A DNA stretch of 62,957 bases, counting the filler, from Choristocarpus tenellus KU-1152 (Eukaryota; Protista; Phaeophyceae), in NCBI GenBank assembly GCA_964200185.2. It is 9 parts of 9 records of this genome, joined end to end, with 100 filler letters (N's around TTAATTAATTAA, not from the genome) between each part and the next. Parts side by side here need not be neighbours in the genome. Positions count along the whole stretch, not along the records: positions 1 to 9,609 come from CAXNAD020003538.1; positions 9,710 to 12,521 come from CAXNAD020024538.1; 7 more parts are not named here. One strand, written 5' to 3'. A program made the translations under genes and the position numbers. Each line of letters begins with the position of its first letter. Positions within the stretch are counted from its first letter, which is position 1. Shown here piece by piece: positions 1-12,521 of this stretch. A model generated the notes under the pieces. It saw nothing but the letters and a program-made list of their open reading frames with translations, ran no database searches and was not told the origin of the DNA.

Positions 1-2989
1 CCCCCCAAGATGCTCTGACCCTTATTGAATCAGGCATGTTACATATTCTGAGACATGTTATCTTGACAAAAAGTGGCAGGAAGGTGGGTATAAACTACCG
101 AGATGTCTTGGAGGTTAGCGGTGTAGTGCAATGCAGAGAGACAAACAACAAAGTAATTAGAAATATGTATATTCATAATCTTGACCTACTTTTCGGATTG
201 TGTGAATGCCCAAAAGGTCTACAGCACTAATTATACCGGGATAAATAAATCCTGTACAAGATCGTTGCTGAGAGGTAGATCTGTACCCTGCATGCATGCG
301 GTTGATTGCAGTTTGGACAAACTCTGCGTTTCCAAATCACAAAACGTAGAATGTCACCAGGTAAATAATGAATTAGTCCTGCTTAGAAATGTACAAGATA
401 TTGTGCAGAGAACTACCGTGTATCTCAATGTTTGACAAAATGAGAGACTGGGGAGCTAACCCAGCAAATACGTGGGCCATCACCACACTAATCGTGTGCT
501 CTCACTGCGAATTTGTCTGCCCCCATGTAACAGTGTTATCTCGATGTTGATAGTGTAAAGCTCTAGTACCCCAGACAAATCTTGTGGAAAGTGGGTATGT
601 GCCACAGGTTGGAGATCTTGAAATAAATACGAGCACACAGGTAGCGAATGGTGCGCTGTGGAGGTACTTGCCTTCGATCCTCAAGACAAGTCCATACTCA
701 AAGCATACAGACTTTGGGCCTCTTTAAGCAGACATGCTTAGAACTATTTTATTCTGCTGCCACTGCAGAACAGGACGTCCTCCTGATTGCGGCCTTACCA
801 ATTCCAGTATAGCATGAGAACACCGGATCCTCTTCCGGTTGGGAATGAAATTTGGGATCGAGTCATGGCCTAACACCTGACTTGTGGACAGTGTGACAAG
901 AGGGAATTGCACAATAGTACAATCCCTGTCATTGGTTGATTGTGGGCTCGTCAATCGTAGTAGTTGATCAAAGAACACTCTCAGTTGGGAATGAAACCTG
1001 TATTGAGTCATGACCTAGCACCTGACTAACGAACATTGCAACAGGGGGTGGAAAGCCTAGCCAACTGAATAACTTTGAAGAAAAGACCTCAAAAACTGTC
1101 TATCACATAATGTTTGACCCACACTCGCTAAAATGATCCTTCAAGCATTTTTTTAAGAGTACCGAGAAAAGTGTCGTCATCCATCCCAGGTTCTTAAGCG
1201 TACTCACTAACGTCGTGTTCTGAATGGTGTTAGAATTAAAGAGAGAATGCCTTACATTGACCAATATCCCATATTTGAGCATGTCTTAAACGTGCATCTC
1301 TACACTGTCTACCGTTCGTTCATCATGTACCGAAAATATTGAAGTCTTGTAGGGAGAACGACAAACGCCATGGGCACATACTAATCATAATGCCTCATAT
1401 AAACAAAAATGAGAGGTTTGTACCCGCCTACTTGCCATGGGCATAAAACGAGGATAGGATACGCCAGGATTGAAGCTATATAATGATGTGGAAGTGGAGA
1501 ATGAGCTTCGCCTTACCTAGTCTCAGGATTTACAACCCCATACGGAGGTGAAGAACCCACATACATACATGCGTTACATCCCCACCCCCAAAAAGCGCAT
1601 TAAGCCGAAAAAGTCAATCACTTGGTTGGGCGATCTGGAACCCCCCCCTCCCAATCCACATCATATCAGAAATACTTAATGTAGTAGTAGAATATTGATA
1701 GTACCACACGGTAAGCAGCAGTGCACGTTTGGTCTAGGGATGATCCATTTTGCTTGGTTGAACAAAAGGAAATGCTGGATTTGTGGAAGTTGAGCGACGT
1801 AATTGAGGTATTCGGATTTTGGAACTTTGTACACTACACTAGTACAGCCGTACTGTTTATTCTCAAGTTATTCCGCATAACATTTTATGATGGATACTCA
1901 CTTGTAGGAGGGGTGTTTTTTCGCTTGGTCGGTATAACTTCAAACTTTGGACGGCAACAATTAATTACATACATATAACCCAACAACCCAACAAGAGTCA
2001 CCAAGTGGTCCGTATTTCGCCGTATTTGTCCTGTAGTCCTTGGTATGTATGGAAACACCGTATTGTAAAAATTAAAATGTAAACATTTGAAATTTGAATC
2101 GTGGACACGATTATAAATACGCAAGAAATTATGTTATTGAAAGGGAGGAGGGAACACACAAAATAATATGATGACAACAAGGACCGAAGCAGAGGAAAAT
2201 TCACGTAAGGAGTACGACAAACATGCACAACAACAACCACAGAAAGGACTACTAGATCGAGATACGTCGAACTATTGTTGTATGTAAAACAATGAACCAG
2301 AAAACAACAACAGGCAACACTCCAAAAACGACGGTTTCATAAAGGGGGGCGACATCGAAGGGACTGAATATCAGTCAAGCCTCTCCTAGTCCATCGACCT
2401 GATTTGTCTAGTTTATTTTCTAGCGCGAAACTCTTCTGGATATGCTTACTTGGCAATGACTCGATGAAGCAATCTGTCCCAATGCTGATATTACCGTTTC
2501 CTTGCTGCTGAAACTCTACGGCCCCGTACCTCACCTCCTGCACAGTATTGTACACAACAGCACTAATGAAGAAATTAGAGGTCGGACAGGCGCAACCAAA
2601 ACAAGTAGCCTAACACTTATCCTCCAAGATATGGATTCGAACATTTCAGTTCTTCCCGAAAAAAAGTGAGACCCAGAAAGAAGAACTCGGGACGACGTTT
2701 ACACCTTGTTCTGGCAGCAATAAGAGGTTTACCAGAAGGTTCCAGCAACATGTGTGGTTTGGGAACATGAGACCTTGAGCGAGACCTTCAACTCCATCCG
2801 TCAGGATTTTCTTTTCTTGTTTTGTGACCTAGGGGTAATGCATCGCCATTTTACGTACTGTATATACTTGGAAGAACAAGAGTACAAGTACCCACTTGTA
2901 GACAGTACACACCAACATCCTGGACCCCCCACAACAACAACAACCAACTCTGTTACCCCTTCCCACACACGTCAAACACCCTTTGTTGC

Positions 2990-3660
2990 GGGTCAAAGTA
3001 TCTGGAGGGGGGGGTGTCGGCGTCCGTTTTTCACTTTTTGGTGTGATTTGGTTGCACATGTTGGGTTTGAAATGTCAGCGAAAAAATGAAGACTGTTGGT
3101 TAGGCTCCTTTCTGTCCTTGCGTACGCAAGAGGAATGGGAATATATGCCACCATTTATTTGGGTCTGGTTAGGAGTTTCGACGTTTACATGTGTCGGATT
3201 TTGAGTCTGTTCAAACTGGATTATTGGTTTATGTATGTTGGTCGCGCAGTTACGATGAAGAATAAGAGATATGGGTTAGGTTGTTCCAGGGCTGGATATT
3301 GGTTTGTTTGGTTGCATGAGTGGGATTTGGTTAGCACATAAAGAGGGCTGTCGGTTAGGGTGTGTTTTTCCACTGTTAGGATTAGGAATTGAAAAAAAGA
3401 CTATGGACTGTTGCGAGGTTGGTTTTTTCGTTTATTTGCTTGCATGAGTCGTGTTTGGTATGTACACAAAGAGGACTGTCAGTTAGGGCCTGTTCTCCCG
3501 GTTTGTGCGCGAGGAACCAAAACATATATCATGTACTGTTTTAAATATAGTAATTCGTTTATTTGCGTGCATATGTCGGATTTAGTATGTAAACAAACGT
3601 GGTTGTTGCTGAGGGTGATAGGGTTGAAGTTGTTCGTGTGAAGGAAGGGAAAAGGGTCAG
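2990..3660. mobile_element. Long relative of MITE family B with internal degenerate repeats; right end not found
   Basis: Begins GGGTCAAAGTATCTGGAGGGGGGG and contains GATTTGGTTGCAC as in MITE-B, followed by recurring GACTGT(T/C)(G/A)GTTAGG and TGTCGGATTT motifs. Confidence 0.5.
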
Positions 3661-5014
3661 GTCTTGTTTTCGGGTTAGTGTAATGTATCTTTCATGAAAT
3701 GTGTGGACGGATTCTGGAGGGGTATACGAATGGGTTATTGGTCAAGTTTTGTTGTCGTACGTTTCTCTGAACGCATTTCAAGATACACTTCCAAAGGTCC
3801 TGGGTTGATGCTGTTCTTAGGAGCATCGTACGTGGACTTCGGTGTATGATCCTCCAAGATTCAAAGGAGGACGAGATCGGTTCTAGTTTGTCGACACTTG
3901 GACTAAGCATGAGATGGTGCATCATAGAGTATTGAGAAGCAGGGGGGAGGTGCGTTATAGTGTTCTAGGAATAATTAGTGGCTTTGAAAAGGACAGGGTG
4001 TCCATCGCAGGCCTTGGTGAATTGTTTGGAAGAGTTAGCTGAGAAGATGAAGAAGAGTTGTTTAATCGACGTTTTATATATTAGTCGTCTAAGCCTTGTA
4101 TTGGACACGCTCCTTTAAACAAATAATAACACAGGTCTAATCCTCAACATGAGCATGATATATGATGCATTGACGTCTCTGACTGGTAGGAATGTATCCA
4201 ATACCACTGTCCAAATGCATAACTCATCGAATGGAAAGTGCATGAACATGATAGTCGGACACCAAGGCAAGGTACACTGATGCATAAATCAGTGTACCTG
4301 TAACTCGATCCGTACTTCAACAAAAAACTGAAACGACTGAACCCCTATTCCAATTGGTCGGTGGACTCGAAATTGCATTCGTCACCCTCCTCCAACCACT
4401 CGGCAAGCTTAGGGTATGCCTCGACAAGAAGGTGCCATAGATTTAGGCGTGTAGAGTACCTGCTGTTCCAAGGTTCAGGCTTCACAAGGCTCGAGAAGAT
4501 GGCCTTCCTCGCATGGAGTGCTTCCACATGCTCGGGACGCAACGTGCTGCCTGACTTCCCTCAATGATCGCCGAGTTTAACCTGTGTGGGCTTGTGGACG
4601 TAGCATTCATCCCCGAAAACAAGAGAAACGACCCCTTACCGGCCTTGATGAGCCTGAACCCATGGTCGTATATGACTTGGGTGAGGATTTCAGTCTACAC
4701 TTGATACTGCGAAGAAGCAGGTTTTGTTGCCAATTGTAGGAGCTCGGTAACGCACACCTCCATGAAGGCTTCCATGATCCCCACACCGGATGCATCACCG
4801 GAGTCGGCCGCGTTCTGTGTGACGCAATCGTCATCACCATGCGATGACCTTTCGTCGTCATCGTCGTACCTCAAGGTAGACGAACACGGATTTACCACTT
4901 ATCTGCCTTTTTAGAAGAAGCGAAGACGTCTGCGAAGAAGCCAGGTTCTGAAGCGCTGCCATCAGGACCACGGGGCTGTTTGAAGGGTGTCATCCATCCA
5001 GCACCTTCTCTTAT

Positions 5015-5630
5015 CCTCTTCTTCCTAATTATCGTCCGTTTCCTCTTTCTCTTACCCTTTTCGGAAGGCTTTGTCCCTCGGTGTTCGGTGTGGTTGAGTT
5101 AGGATCGGCATCGATGTGGTTCTCACTTCGCCTCACAGTATGGTCGTAGGTGTTCCCTGGCGCTTGGGACTCGTCGCCGCCGCTGCCCACCAAATGGGCG
5201 TTTGGGGATATTCCGGGGTCACTCCTGACAGGCGTGGATTCTGAGTCCGTACCTAGCCGCCCACCCACGTCCTCCTGTACAAGTTCCTCTGGACCTGACA
5301 AAGCGTCAAAATCAGGTCGGTCTTCTCTCAACCTCTTCTTCTCAATTATCGTCCTTTTACCCTTTCCGTTACCTTTCACGGAAGGCTTGTCCCTCGGTGT
5401 TGTGGTTGGATGGGCATGGGCATGGTTCTCACTTCACCCCACAGTATCGTCTTAGGTGTTCCCTGGCACCTTGGACTCGTCGCCGCCGCTGCCCACTGAA
5501 TGGACGTTTGGAGACATACATGGGTCACTCCTGACAGGCGAGCACTCTAAGTCCCTGACTAGCCTCCCCCTCACGTCCTCCTTTGCAAGTTCCTCTGGAC
5601 CTGACAAAACGTTTCAAACGGGTCGGTCCT
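5015..5630. repeat. Two-copy ~310-bp tandem duplication
   Basis: 5015-5322 and 5333-5630 share AATTATCGTCC, GGTGTTCCCTGGC, GACTCGTCGCCGCCGCTGCCCAC and AAGTTCCTCTGGACCTGACAAA. The duplicated peptides appear in the ORF track. Confidence 0.9.
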
Positions 5631-5819
5631 CATCGCCTTCAGAGTCGTGTTCCGAGGACGTGGTTGTATGCCTTCCCCCTTGTAGAGTCCTGCTTCCCGT
5701 ACCTACTGTAGGGCGAGGCGATGGGTTATCCTGTTCCTCTTCATCACCTGGTGGGTTGGGTCTTCCACAAGGTATAGGTGTGGATACGCCACCAGCTACC
5801 GATATCTTCACCAGTGCAA

Positions 5820-6070
5820 GAGCCAAAGTATCTTAGAGGGTAGTGCCGCGTCCATTTGGGGGTCAAAATCCAATGTTGCAATTTTGATGTAATTTTGGCT
5901 ACTTGTTGTTAGGAAGTGTCAATAACTATGTTTCGGACACACCTTTTTATTAGGTATACATTTTACGTACTCCTAAACATTTAGGAGTAGGAAAATGTAA
6001 TAAAAAACCCCGTGGGATCCAAGCCCCAAATGGACAAACAGGACAAACATCCTACCAAGGTAATTCACTC
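5820..6070 (+). mobile_element. MITE family A, complete, TSD CAA
   Basis: GAGCCAAAGTATCTTAGAGGGTA ... degenerate right TIR ending TTCACTC. CAA lies on both flanks. Confidence 0.9.
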
Positions 6071-7065
6071 CAAAATTGCGGAAGGTGGAGAATTTGTCCA
6101 TGAGGAGTTGGATACGATCCGGATCGAGGTTGTCCCCGAGGGTGGTACATGTGATTACGATGCCTCCTGGTCAGGTCTGGAGAAAGGGCGACTTCTCTCT
6201 CGTGGGTGGCGCTCGTTTTGGACCTGAACTTGTCAAGGTCGTGCTCGGACGAGGCGTTTTTCTCTGGCGTGATCAGAATGTTTGTGACTCGTGTTATCTT
6301 TGTGATGGTGGAGGAGTAGGTAAAGGACGTGGCGAAGTAGGAAACAAAACAACGGGAAGAGGGGTTAGCGTTAGGAGGCAAGGGATGAGGTAGAGGTTGG
6401 TGAGAAGGAGTAAGTGAGGTGGAATACGGAGGAGGAGGCAGAGACTGAGGAAAAGATGGATGGATTAGAGTACATGCGGCTCGTTAAACTTGGGTGGATT
6501 ATTCGAGCCCATAAATCAGGAAGACAAGTAGGGCTTGTAACATAGGGTGAAGAGGATGCGTAAAGGACTATAGTACATGAACCGCGACATAATTCCCCTT
6601 CTTTTGTCGGGTTCTGTCGATCGGTACAACACAGTGAAAGTATGAATCAATCTGTTCAACGAGCAACTTCGCAACATATAAAATCGGAGAACCCTGTGAC
6701 AATGTACGGTGTCAAACTGTCCAACATGGGTAAGATCTGTGAGGGTCTAGGTTGTGTGTTTGGTGTAGGGAACGATGTTTGATGTTAACGTATGGTGATG
6801 TTGTACAACGATGTAATTGCTAGCCTGTGTGTTCGTCACTGGTGTTCAGGGGAACGCCCTCAGAGTATTTGAAGATGTCCAGGTATTTTGTACCCTCCTC
6901 CACATCCTCCCTCAACACGAGGTCCCTTTTCACCTGCGGATATTATCGGGTTACATTAATGTGCGTAATCAGGGCGTTTATTGTGAGGTGGCTTGATACG
7001 AACTCAAATATGGTGGACAGATGAGAGGATGAACCTCACACTCCATTGAGTACCTCCTTGCTGAG

Positions 7066-7765
7066 GATGTGTTCTATCGAACGGTAAAGGCCATCAATTT
7101 CCAAAGCGTGGCAAGACGGTTGGGTGTGTGTGTGTCGATTTGAAATAGTAATCCGGAGCAGGAAAACATTACGTCGAATCGCGAAAGTGAAAAATGAAGA
7201 TGAAAGGAATTTACGCGCCGACCCGGGTTAGATGTCGGGAGGGCAACCATGCACAGGTTTGAGCTTGACATATGGCAGACAGTAATGAATGAATTTGATG
7301 TGTGTTCTGTCAAACGGTAAAGGCCATCAATTTCCAAAGCACGGCAAGACGGTTGGGGGTGTGTGTGTCGGTTTGAAATAAGAACAACATGAGCAGGAAA
7401 ACATTTCGTCGAACCACAAAAGTGAAAAATGAAGATGAAAGGAATTTACGTGCTGACCCGGGTTGGATGTCGGGAGGGCAACCATGCGCAGGTTTGAGCT
7501 TGACATGTGGCAGATAGTAATGAATGAATTTGATGTGTTCTGTCGAGCGGTAAAGGTCATCAAATTCCAAAGCGCGGCAAGACGGTTGGGGGGTTGTGTA
7601 TGTCGATTTGAAACAAGAATCCTGAGCAGGAAAACATTACGTTGAACCACGAAAGTGAAAGCATGAATGCACCAGTTTGATGCCTACATTTCGATTTGGA
7701 ATGTACTCCTAAGTACAGATTTGGTATGTTCTGTCGGTTGGTTAGAAGCGATCAAATTCTAAGTT
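7066..7765. repeat. Tandem repeat, ~233-bp unit, about 2.5-3 copies
   Basis: The unit TGTTCT(A/G)TC(G/A)A(A/G)CGGTAAAGG...CAAGACGGTTGGG...GAGCAGGAAAACATT recurs near 7066, 7300 and 7532, with a degenerate start near 7725. Confidence 0.9.
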
Positions 7766-8193
7766 GAGGGTTAGTGGGGTTTTTGGACTAAGAAACACGT
7801 GATGATACCATCATGCGAGTTGTATCGAGATTGCATTGCAACGCGATACAACCTTATCGGAAAGGTTCCAATGGTATTGGATCCCTTACACGTGCGTATC
7901 GAAGGTATCACCACGTCACACTCGATAGACGGATGTTGTAGTGCGTGTAATGGCATTGTGGAATCTTGCTTCTATTTCGGATCAATTGTCTGAATACTCC
8001 CAACATATGTAACTGCAACCCATGTTCCAATTTCGGAAAAAGGTTCAGTTGAATTCGCTGTACTCAATTCAGATGATAGCCGCTGAATTGCAACTACGTC
8101 GATATGTTCGATGCAAGGTGAAATATGTCTCTTGGCGAGTTGGGATTAGTGTTCAAAATGTAGGCAATTTATTTTGGTTAGGGTTATGGGTGC

Positions 8194-8443
8194 GGGTCGA
8201 AGTATCTTAGGAGTAGAGCCGCGTCCATTTGGCGACCAAATTCAAATGTTGCATTTTTGCTGTAATGCTTGCCATCAGTTTTGTTTGGAGATGTCAATGT
8301 CCTTTTTCCGGACACTCCTTTCCATAATTGTGCGCATGGTACTTCTCCAAAACAGTTTTGAGTAAGTACAATGTCGTTGAAAACCCGTGGGCAGTCAAGC
8401 CCCAAAGGATAACCAGCGAAAAACTCGTACCCTCTAAGATACA
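8194..8443 (+). mobile_element. MITE family A, diverged
   Basis: AAGTATCTTAG...GAGCCGCGTCCATTTGG ... CTCGTACCCTCTAAGATAC. Confidence 0.85.
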
Positions 8444-8565
8444 TAGGCAACATTGACTTCGGGGCTTACATTGTCAGTGGCTGCGGTGGCAGAATACGGT
8501 TTATGAACAGTTTCGATCAAATACAATATAGATGCGATGGTCATGATTTTGATGATACCACTATT

Positions 8566-8975
8566 GTCAGGTGGTGTGTACACGACTGTAAAGGTAATAA
8601 ATACAGGGCATCAAATTTGAAAATTTTGGGGACACCATCATCTGCAGGTGGTGTGTACACGGTTATAAAGGTAACAAATACAGGGCATTGAATTTGAAAA
8701 GATTGGTATTACGACTGCTGACAGCTGGTGTGTACACGGTTGTAAAGGTAATAAATACAGGGCATCGAATTTGAAAACATTGGCGACACTACCTTTGACA
8801 GGTGGTGTGTACAACAAGGTTGTAAAGGTAGTAAATACAGGGCCTCGAATTTGAAAACGTTGGTGACACCACCACATTGACAGCTGTTGTTTACACGGTT
8901 GTAAAGGTAATAAATAGAGGGCATCAAATTTGAAAATGTTGGTGTTACCAGTGCTGACAGCTGCTTGGTACAAGC
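8566..8975. repeat. Minisatellite, ~78-bp unit, about 5.3 copies
   Basis: Consensus GACAGGTGGTGTGTACACGGTTGTAAAGGTAATAAATACAGGGCATCAAATTTGAAAA plus a ~20-bp more variable tail, at ~8566, 8643, 8719, 8797 and 8879. Confidence 0.92.
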
Positions 8976-9609
8976 TCCGAATACAAATGAACACGTAAAC
9001 ATGTGTTGAGCCGTGTGGTTGTGTTCGCGACGGAGAAAAACGCAATGAGGGTTAGATACGTTGGGTTCTCTTTCAGCACAGCATGCGTTGCCAATCTTGG
9101 CCTAACGTGAGTATTTGCTCCCTGGATATCAAAGCGCCATGACGTGGAGGCCTCTTAGTATACACGAAACAAAATTTCGCCAGTGTCCACAGAGTTGTGG
9201 ACTATACTGCAGAATAGACAGACCGGCGTACATAGGGTTTACGCCGATTTTGACACGAAATTGCTTTCACTCGGTATTCTATCTGGAGCTTCCGACAAAA
9301 TATTTTCACAGGTAGCAACATAGCAGTGTTGGACGAAATTGGTATGGTCGTAGTCCTGAAGACCTTCGTACATAACGCATTGAGGTCTCAATCGCTACTG
9401 CTTTGCACTATATTGAAATGCGAGGGAATGTAATTTGGAACCTCTCTGTGCCGTGTCTGTTTGTACGGCCTATCTCGTGTGAATGGATGTAGCATGGTGA
9501 ACAGCAACGCCATCTAAACCTAACCCAGATTTGGGCTATATATTAAGAAAGCAATAACGAGATCATTCCTAATGGAAGGGGCATGTTCGGACCCGAAGTA
9601 TCTGGGGGG

Positions 9610-9709
9610 NNNNNNNNNNNNNNNNNNNNNNNNNNNNNNNNNNNNNNNNNNNNTTAATTAATTAANNNNNNNNNNNNNNNNNNNNNNNNNNNNNNNNNNN
9701 NNNNNNNNN
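9610..9709. other. Artificial contig linker (also 12522-12621, 23982-24081, 26582-26681, 30774-30873, 51263-51362, 54537-54636, 58653-58752)
   Basis: An identical N44-TTAATTAATTAA-N44 block, which gives stops in all six frames, occurs eight times. Confidence 0.97.
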
Positions 9710-10261
9710 CACCCCGATGACTCATTGGCCAATCTTCTCCTTTATTCTCTTCTCCCCCATTAGGCGTAGCCCTCCCATTTTACCCAGTCAGGTGTACCCG
9801 CCTGCTGTTCCTTTTGTCCTGGAGCTGCTAGGGTACACGAGGGCTCATAGCTGGTGGAGCTTTCCCATCTCTTTTCCCTACAGCACAGTCCCCCCAGTTC
9901 ACCCAACACAGCTACGAGAGTGTGAGGTCTGTAGTACTCCATCCTGGTCATGTAAGGTTGGCAGTTGTAGCCCCTTATGATTGTTGCAAAGACACAGGAG
10001 GACTAGTTCGATACAGGCTTATTGCTCGCCATAGTTTGTCACAACAAGGTTGCCTAAATGCGTGTGATTCTCTTGGTAAGTGGAATGCTGTATACAGAGC
10101 GTGAGGTGCAGGAACCAAGCACTTGGAGGGATGTGGTTGCAAGGGGCATTGGAGAAGCAACTTGAACCACATGATCTTTTACGGAACAAATACAAACACC
10201 GCAACACAAACGGAGCATTGACCACACTTCCACCACGGTCCCTCTGGTTACCTGGCCAGGA

Positions 10262-11305
10262 AAGATTGTGCGTTTAGTAAAAGCACTTTATGGCCCTAAA
10301 CTGGCAAGCAGGGAGTTTAATAATCTGTTGGTACACGTTTTGCATTAGTGTGGTTTTGAGCACTGCAGAGCAGATCCCTGTGTGTTACGCTATGTAAAAG
10401 ATGGCGTTGTTTGTGCTGTGATAGCTCCCCACGTAGATGATCTTTTGGTAGCTGGTAAAATAGATGTTTTGATTTGGGTTCGCTCTAGGGTTAAAGAGCA
10501 GTTTTGCATAGAAGATTTTGGTGACCTTGAGTATTCTATGGGTTGTGAGATTTCACGTGACAGAACTACGCAGACTGTCAGCATCAGTGAGACTAGGTAC
10601 ATTAAGAGTGTTTGTCAAAGATTTGGTATGGATGGGGCAAAGAAGAGGTCGGTACCCAATGATCTTTAAAGGACTTTAGACAAGAGTGAGAATCATCCAA
10701 GAGTTGCTGAAAATACACCGTACAGAGAGGCGGTTGGTAGTCTGATGTGGGCATCTGTTATGACTAGGCTTCACATTGCAAATGCAGTTCGTGAAGTTGC
10801 CAAGTACAGCAGTAACCCCAAAGCTGCACATTGGCGTGCAGTGAAATGTATTTTAGCATATTTGAATACGTGTCCCAGTGTTGGATTAGTTTTGGTGGTT
10901 TTGATACTGAGTGTGAGTTGGGTACGTATGCTGATGCTAGTTATCCTGGAGACTGGAATGATCTTAGGTCAGTGACTGGGGGAGCATAAATATGTTTGTA
11001 GGAGGAGCAGGTGGCAAATTAATTACTTTCTTGAGAAGCGTTTTTGAGTTTATTGAGCCACATTTTCCTAGACGTTGCATTGACATGTTTGAGGGTAACG
11101 ATGGTGCATGCAAACTAGTACGAAATGCCACAAGCTCTACTAGAACAAAGCACATTGATGTCCGACATCATTTTCTGAGAGACTTGTCTAGAACACGAGA
11201 GATTCGTGTTGTTCTTGTCGGTACTGCAATCAGAGGGCAGATGTGTTGACCAAGAATTTGCCAGTTCGAGTTTTTAGACAGCATGCGAAGAATTTGATGA
11301 ACATG
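10262..11305 (+). mobile_element. Ty1/Copia reverse transcriptase-RNase H, degenerate
   Basis: Motifs LVKALYGPKLASREFN, ADPCV, HVDDLLVAG, PYREAVGSLMWASVMTR, HWRAVKCILAYL and RTKHIDVRHHFLRDL, with stops and frameshifts. Confidence 0.93.
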
Positions 11306-11831
11306 TGCAAGGTAACACGTGTGTTGTATTAATTATTTTGTTATTGTAATTGTTTGAGAGTTAATACATATTTTGAGCAAGGGGAGAATGTCGAATAACG
11401 TAGTGTTATCCATATTTGATCTGTGCTGATACAAGAATATAACATAGGTTATTTGTACGTTTATATTTAGTTCGGTACAATACAAAGTTGGAACGCGTAT
11501 AAAAATATGATAAGTCAACATTCATTCACACGTACGTGATAAAGGATGGCTGGTAGGCAATCAATGATTCAGTGTATGTTTTACCATGTAACTCAACTAA
11601 CTAGCTTTCGGCGACGAGCCTTATATGCGCCAAGCTTCTCAACACATTGGTGGTGCGAATATGGGGTAGACATTCTCTACCATTGCCTGAAAGCTATCCT
11701 TATCCACATGGTTCTCCATGGCCCCAGCACCCCCAGATGATTTTATGGGCTTGATCAAAGCCAGTTGGTCCAAGGAGAAATGCTGTACACTCCATCTTGC
11801 AAGGGGGAAGGAAAATATCTCAAACAACAGT

Positions 11832-12089
11832 GAGTGAAAGTATCTTAAAGGGTACGAGGTTTTCCTTGTTTGTCCATTTGGGCTTGGCTTCCCATGGGTT
11901 TTTTACAGACACATTCCTACTCCAAAATGTTTCAGAGTAGGTAAAATGTACTCATTATGAAAAGATGTGTCCAGAACATGGTTACTGACCCTTCCCAGCA
12001 AACACAATAACCAAAATTACATGAAAATTGGAACATTGGATTTTGGCCCCCAAATGGACTAAACTCTTCCCTCTAAGATACCTTGGCTC
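11832..12089 (-). mobile_element. MITE family A, complete, TSD AGT
   Basis: GAGTGAAAGTATCTTAAAGGGTA...CCCTCTAAGATACCTTGGCTC flanked by AGT on both sides. Confidence 0.93.
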
Positions 12090-12218
12090 AGTCTATTTCT
12101 TGGCTGGTACCCTAGATGCCACAAATACTCAACAAAATCGTCTACCTTGATTACCTTTCTTTATGTAGAGAGGTCCAAAAAACGCCCATAATGTCTTGAA
12201 CGGACCTGAAAGCTTCAA

Positions 12219-12521
12219 CTATTCATGACAATAGGTTTCAAAGCTTCGTTCCGAGTATATCGAATGTATCTTACATCTACCGGAAATCGACCCAAAATGG
12301 TTCAAACAAAGGTTGGGCCTCGACTGCTCTCTAGGGGTACATGCTTCCTGTCCAAGCTCTTTAAGGTCATGTACAGTGTACATCATGTCCGTCTTAGAGC
12401 ATCGGCGCTGGAAGTCACACTGTTCCTCAAGAAGTATGTTCTCCCGTTCCAGGATGTCCCAGCCGTGGTGCAAGAACCTTGAGAAGTACTTTGCTAGCAT
12501 GTACCACTAATGGGATACCCC
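12219..12521 (-). mobile_element. Non-LTR (RTE-like LINE) reverse transcriptase fragment
   Basis: ENILLEEQCDFQRRCSKTDMMYTVHDLKELGQE resembles the LINE RT motif EEQCGFRxxRSTxDMMFxVRRLQELG. Confidence 0.7.

Larger units (their letters stand above)
500..6900 (-). pseudogene. Unidentified multi-exon minus-strand gene relic (possibly an accessory gene of a large DNA transposon)
   Basis: Several AG...GT-bounded minus-strand exon-like blocks: VKRDLVLREDVEEGTKYLDIF (~6830-6933), VITCTTLGDNLDPDRIQLLMDKF (~6075-6165), RPEHVEALHARKAIFSSLVKPEPW (~4345-4560), VTKQEKKILTDGVEGLAQGLMF (~2733-2828) and VLGHDSIPNFIPNRKRIRCSHAILEL (~799-876). Contains stops and is interrupted by MITEs. No domain recognised. 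Confidence 0.35.

Noticed and set aside
8566-8975. CRISPR-like repeat-spacer array
   Set aside because: The variable parts are homologous to one another, the repeat is too long and degenerate, there are no cas genes, and the context is eukaryotic.
9047-9530. Possible ~480-bp element bounded by GGGTTAG...CTAACCC
   Set aside because: The inverted match is short and degenerate, with no TSD or second copy seen.
9610-9709. Recurrent palindromic TTAATTAATTAA flanked by Ns as a biological motif
   Set aside because: It is a synthetic six-frame-stop linker, so adjacency across it carries no biological meaning.
11832-12089. CACTA superfamily assignment for MITE-A
   Set aside because: CACTC occurs only as the 3' end. 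Both 5' termini read GAG, not CACT.
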